Of a DNA stretch of 32,589 nt, positions 32,301 through 32,589 are shown piece by piece. The stretch's first letter is position 1; each line of letters starts with the position of its first letter. The position numbers and the translations under genes are program-made. Source of the DNA: a virus (taxonomy: Duplodnaviria; Heunggongvirae; Uroviricota; Caudoviricetes); the IMG/VR virus record IMGVR_UViG_3300037466_003234; one strand, written 5' to 3'. The notes under the pieces are model-generated. The model saw only the letters and a list, made by a program, of their open reading frames with translations, did no database searches and was not told where the DNA came from.

Positions 32301-32589
32301 GACAAGGTTGAAGAAGCCGCAAAGAAGGGTAAGAAGCCAAGAGCTACGCAGCCTAAAGATGGTCAGATCCCAGAAGGTTATCTGAATCTGCATCCTCTCA
32401 AAGACGCAGCTATGAGAAAGTCGGTCTTGCCAAGCATGCCGATCGATCTCTACGCCCTAGGCGCCCAATATTCCAAGGTTTTGGCCCCATTGTCTGGAAG
32501 GGCAAAGGCAGTCGTTATCAGTAATCGCGGCCATGAAACTCCTCTTATTAGGGGAGCGCAGCTTCAGCGCCTAGACGAGGTGGAAGGTG
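29313..32589 (+). CDS. dnaE: DNA polymerase III alpha subunit (C-family), 3'-partial; missed by ORF track
   Basis: ATG 29313, open to the window end (at least 1092 codons): PHP start PHCHAES...YTDHG...GLEIY; PGRGSAGG; KLPDIDVD; SKHASAFV; LIKYDFL; RPGPM; FQEQ; GRYGFSVIHAVEY. Confidence 0.97.
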   Translation, partial: MIVSPHCHAESPLTGSTLANLVKRAKDLGRTHFAYTDHGHLSSALKAYTLSKKAGLKFIPGLEIYFKDNKCPITAGTKVDRCKYFTATLYCQDQEAYQELCKIVSRTDFPTIDIYEEKQQVWGWEDLERIAKFNTQIVLSGVHCMVGKTMLAGCPDLGEMIFTHLKSIFKDRMSVALLCEPWTKKYSQIVEVISGDQSITVLASDIVSTDKARKIKAMDLVEKDHHSFLKSTYSNNCYNEYNLPIEKVKLHKGFLPLPGGDASLKVNKFLKALASKHGVSVLATDYAYYAAKEDKIVQTMRLEGNNKLQPNLHMKTRDEMLDYLCGPMGIGPAQAELILANTDAWASKFDGLTLKYDWRLADTGENPLNQVMDIIKQNGRMRWDDPKYVDRLREELNVIAKNGIYDLTGYFLPIRDVLNFYKENGFLTGPGRGSAGGALLCYLLGITQIDPFDYDLPFQRFFSMVRIKQRKLPDIDVDLEDRVPLVGEDGHSGYLYGRYKDKAAQISTRTTIRLKSAILDTNRYFKGKVEEEVATFSKGLPAPPQGINDINFVFGYDDDEGHHVPGLIELSTELQNYAEERKEEWEIVSQAMGLTRAFSKHASAFVLSDVPIQDVVPTKDGNVAQYEAKECEAAGLIKYDFLVIKQLKDIRVCLDIINKKNGEKNTVGYFNHKGKNTYVWKLPQDDEVYRSIWTGQTETCFQINTRSMIPFVIDMLPENMMDLATLLALVRPGPMDFIDPHSGRNMVEEYMLRRRGEAQPDIQELADLLPSTFGIIAFQEQLNIIARDLAGMSAEDAEVLRENMAKKKMVDLMKMKPMFMAGAKNKVSEEIAEGIWERMVTFGRYGFSVIHAVEYAHVTFACMFLKHHYPLEWWAAILTNADEKEITGKFWPYVKDMVLPPDINLSGDTMVVDYDNQKIRAKLGIVRGMGEATIEPIVSGRPYKDIQDFVNKEVAGPALTCKLIHVGILDSLFPGKKTLQEKLKAYADAVEIKAYNDKVEEAAKKGKKPRATQPKDGQIPEGYLNLHPLKDAAMRKSVLPSMPIDLYALGAQYSKVLAPLSGRAKAVVISNRGHETPLIRGAQLQRLDEVEG

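Noticed and set aside
29349-32393. Minus-strand and off-frame ORFs listed by the track in the last 3 kb
   Set aside because: They are shadows of the uninterrupted plus-strand dnaE frame.
1-32589. Stop-codon reassignment (code 15 or 4)
   Set aside because: All conserved genes are full length in code 11, and TAG, TGA and TAA each end genes followed by coupled starts.
8518-32589. Inteins, group I introns or homing endonucleases in terL, helicase or dnaE
   Set aside because: Motifs are collinear in single frames. The DnaE PHP insert lacks C/S...HN intein ends, and no LAGLIDADG, HNH or GIY-YIG ORF was seen.
1-32589. CRISPR array, integrase or transposase, rRNA
   Set aside because: No regularly spaced repeats or recognisable motifs were seen by manual reading.

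Overview
A 32.6 kb fragment of a large tailed dsDNA phage (Caudoviricetes), intact in genetic code 11, with no introns, inteins, tRNAs or CRISPR arrays seen. The left part is mostly a minus-strand packaging/head block: GroEL, a small ORF, TerL, a beta-rich ORF, portal, a Q-rich ORF and a Mu gpF-like head protein. A three-gene plus-strand island interrupts it, and it is flanked by a 2OG-Fe(II) oxygenase, an ATP-dependent DNA ligase and a partial M15-type peptidase. From 12.6 kb onward a plus-strand replication/recombination/transcription block follows: UvsW-like helicase, sigma factor, GroES-like protein, Mre11/SbcD, ClpP-like protease, Rad50/SbcC, RuvC, a phosphoesterase, RNase H, a DEDDh exonuclease and DnaE. 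The DnaE and peptidase genes run off the window and were missed by the ORF track. The most interesting signals are these. (1) A possibly two-part sigma factor: the sigma70-family gene stops exactly after region 4.1 and has lost the region 2.3 aromatics, while a stand-alone 72-aa sigma4.2-like ORF with an acidified recognition helix lies about 11 kb away. (2) A regulatory grammar of leaderless sigma70-type promoters (-10, 6 nt, ATG), a recurrent TGATATA element, and start-occluding hairpins. (3) A phage proteostasis kit: GroEL with all four SR1 inter-ring positions substituted, an unlinked GroES-like gene sharing a 16-nt upstream motif, a signal-peptide-bearing ClpP and a Gre/FKBP-fold candidate. 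(4) An 82-nt structured intergenic RNA candidate. All protein calls come from motifs recognised by eye; no database searches or folding programs were run, and motif scans were manual and may be incomplete.
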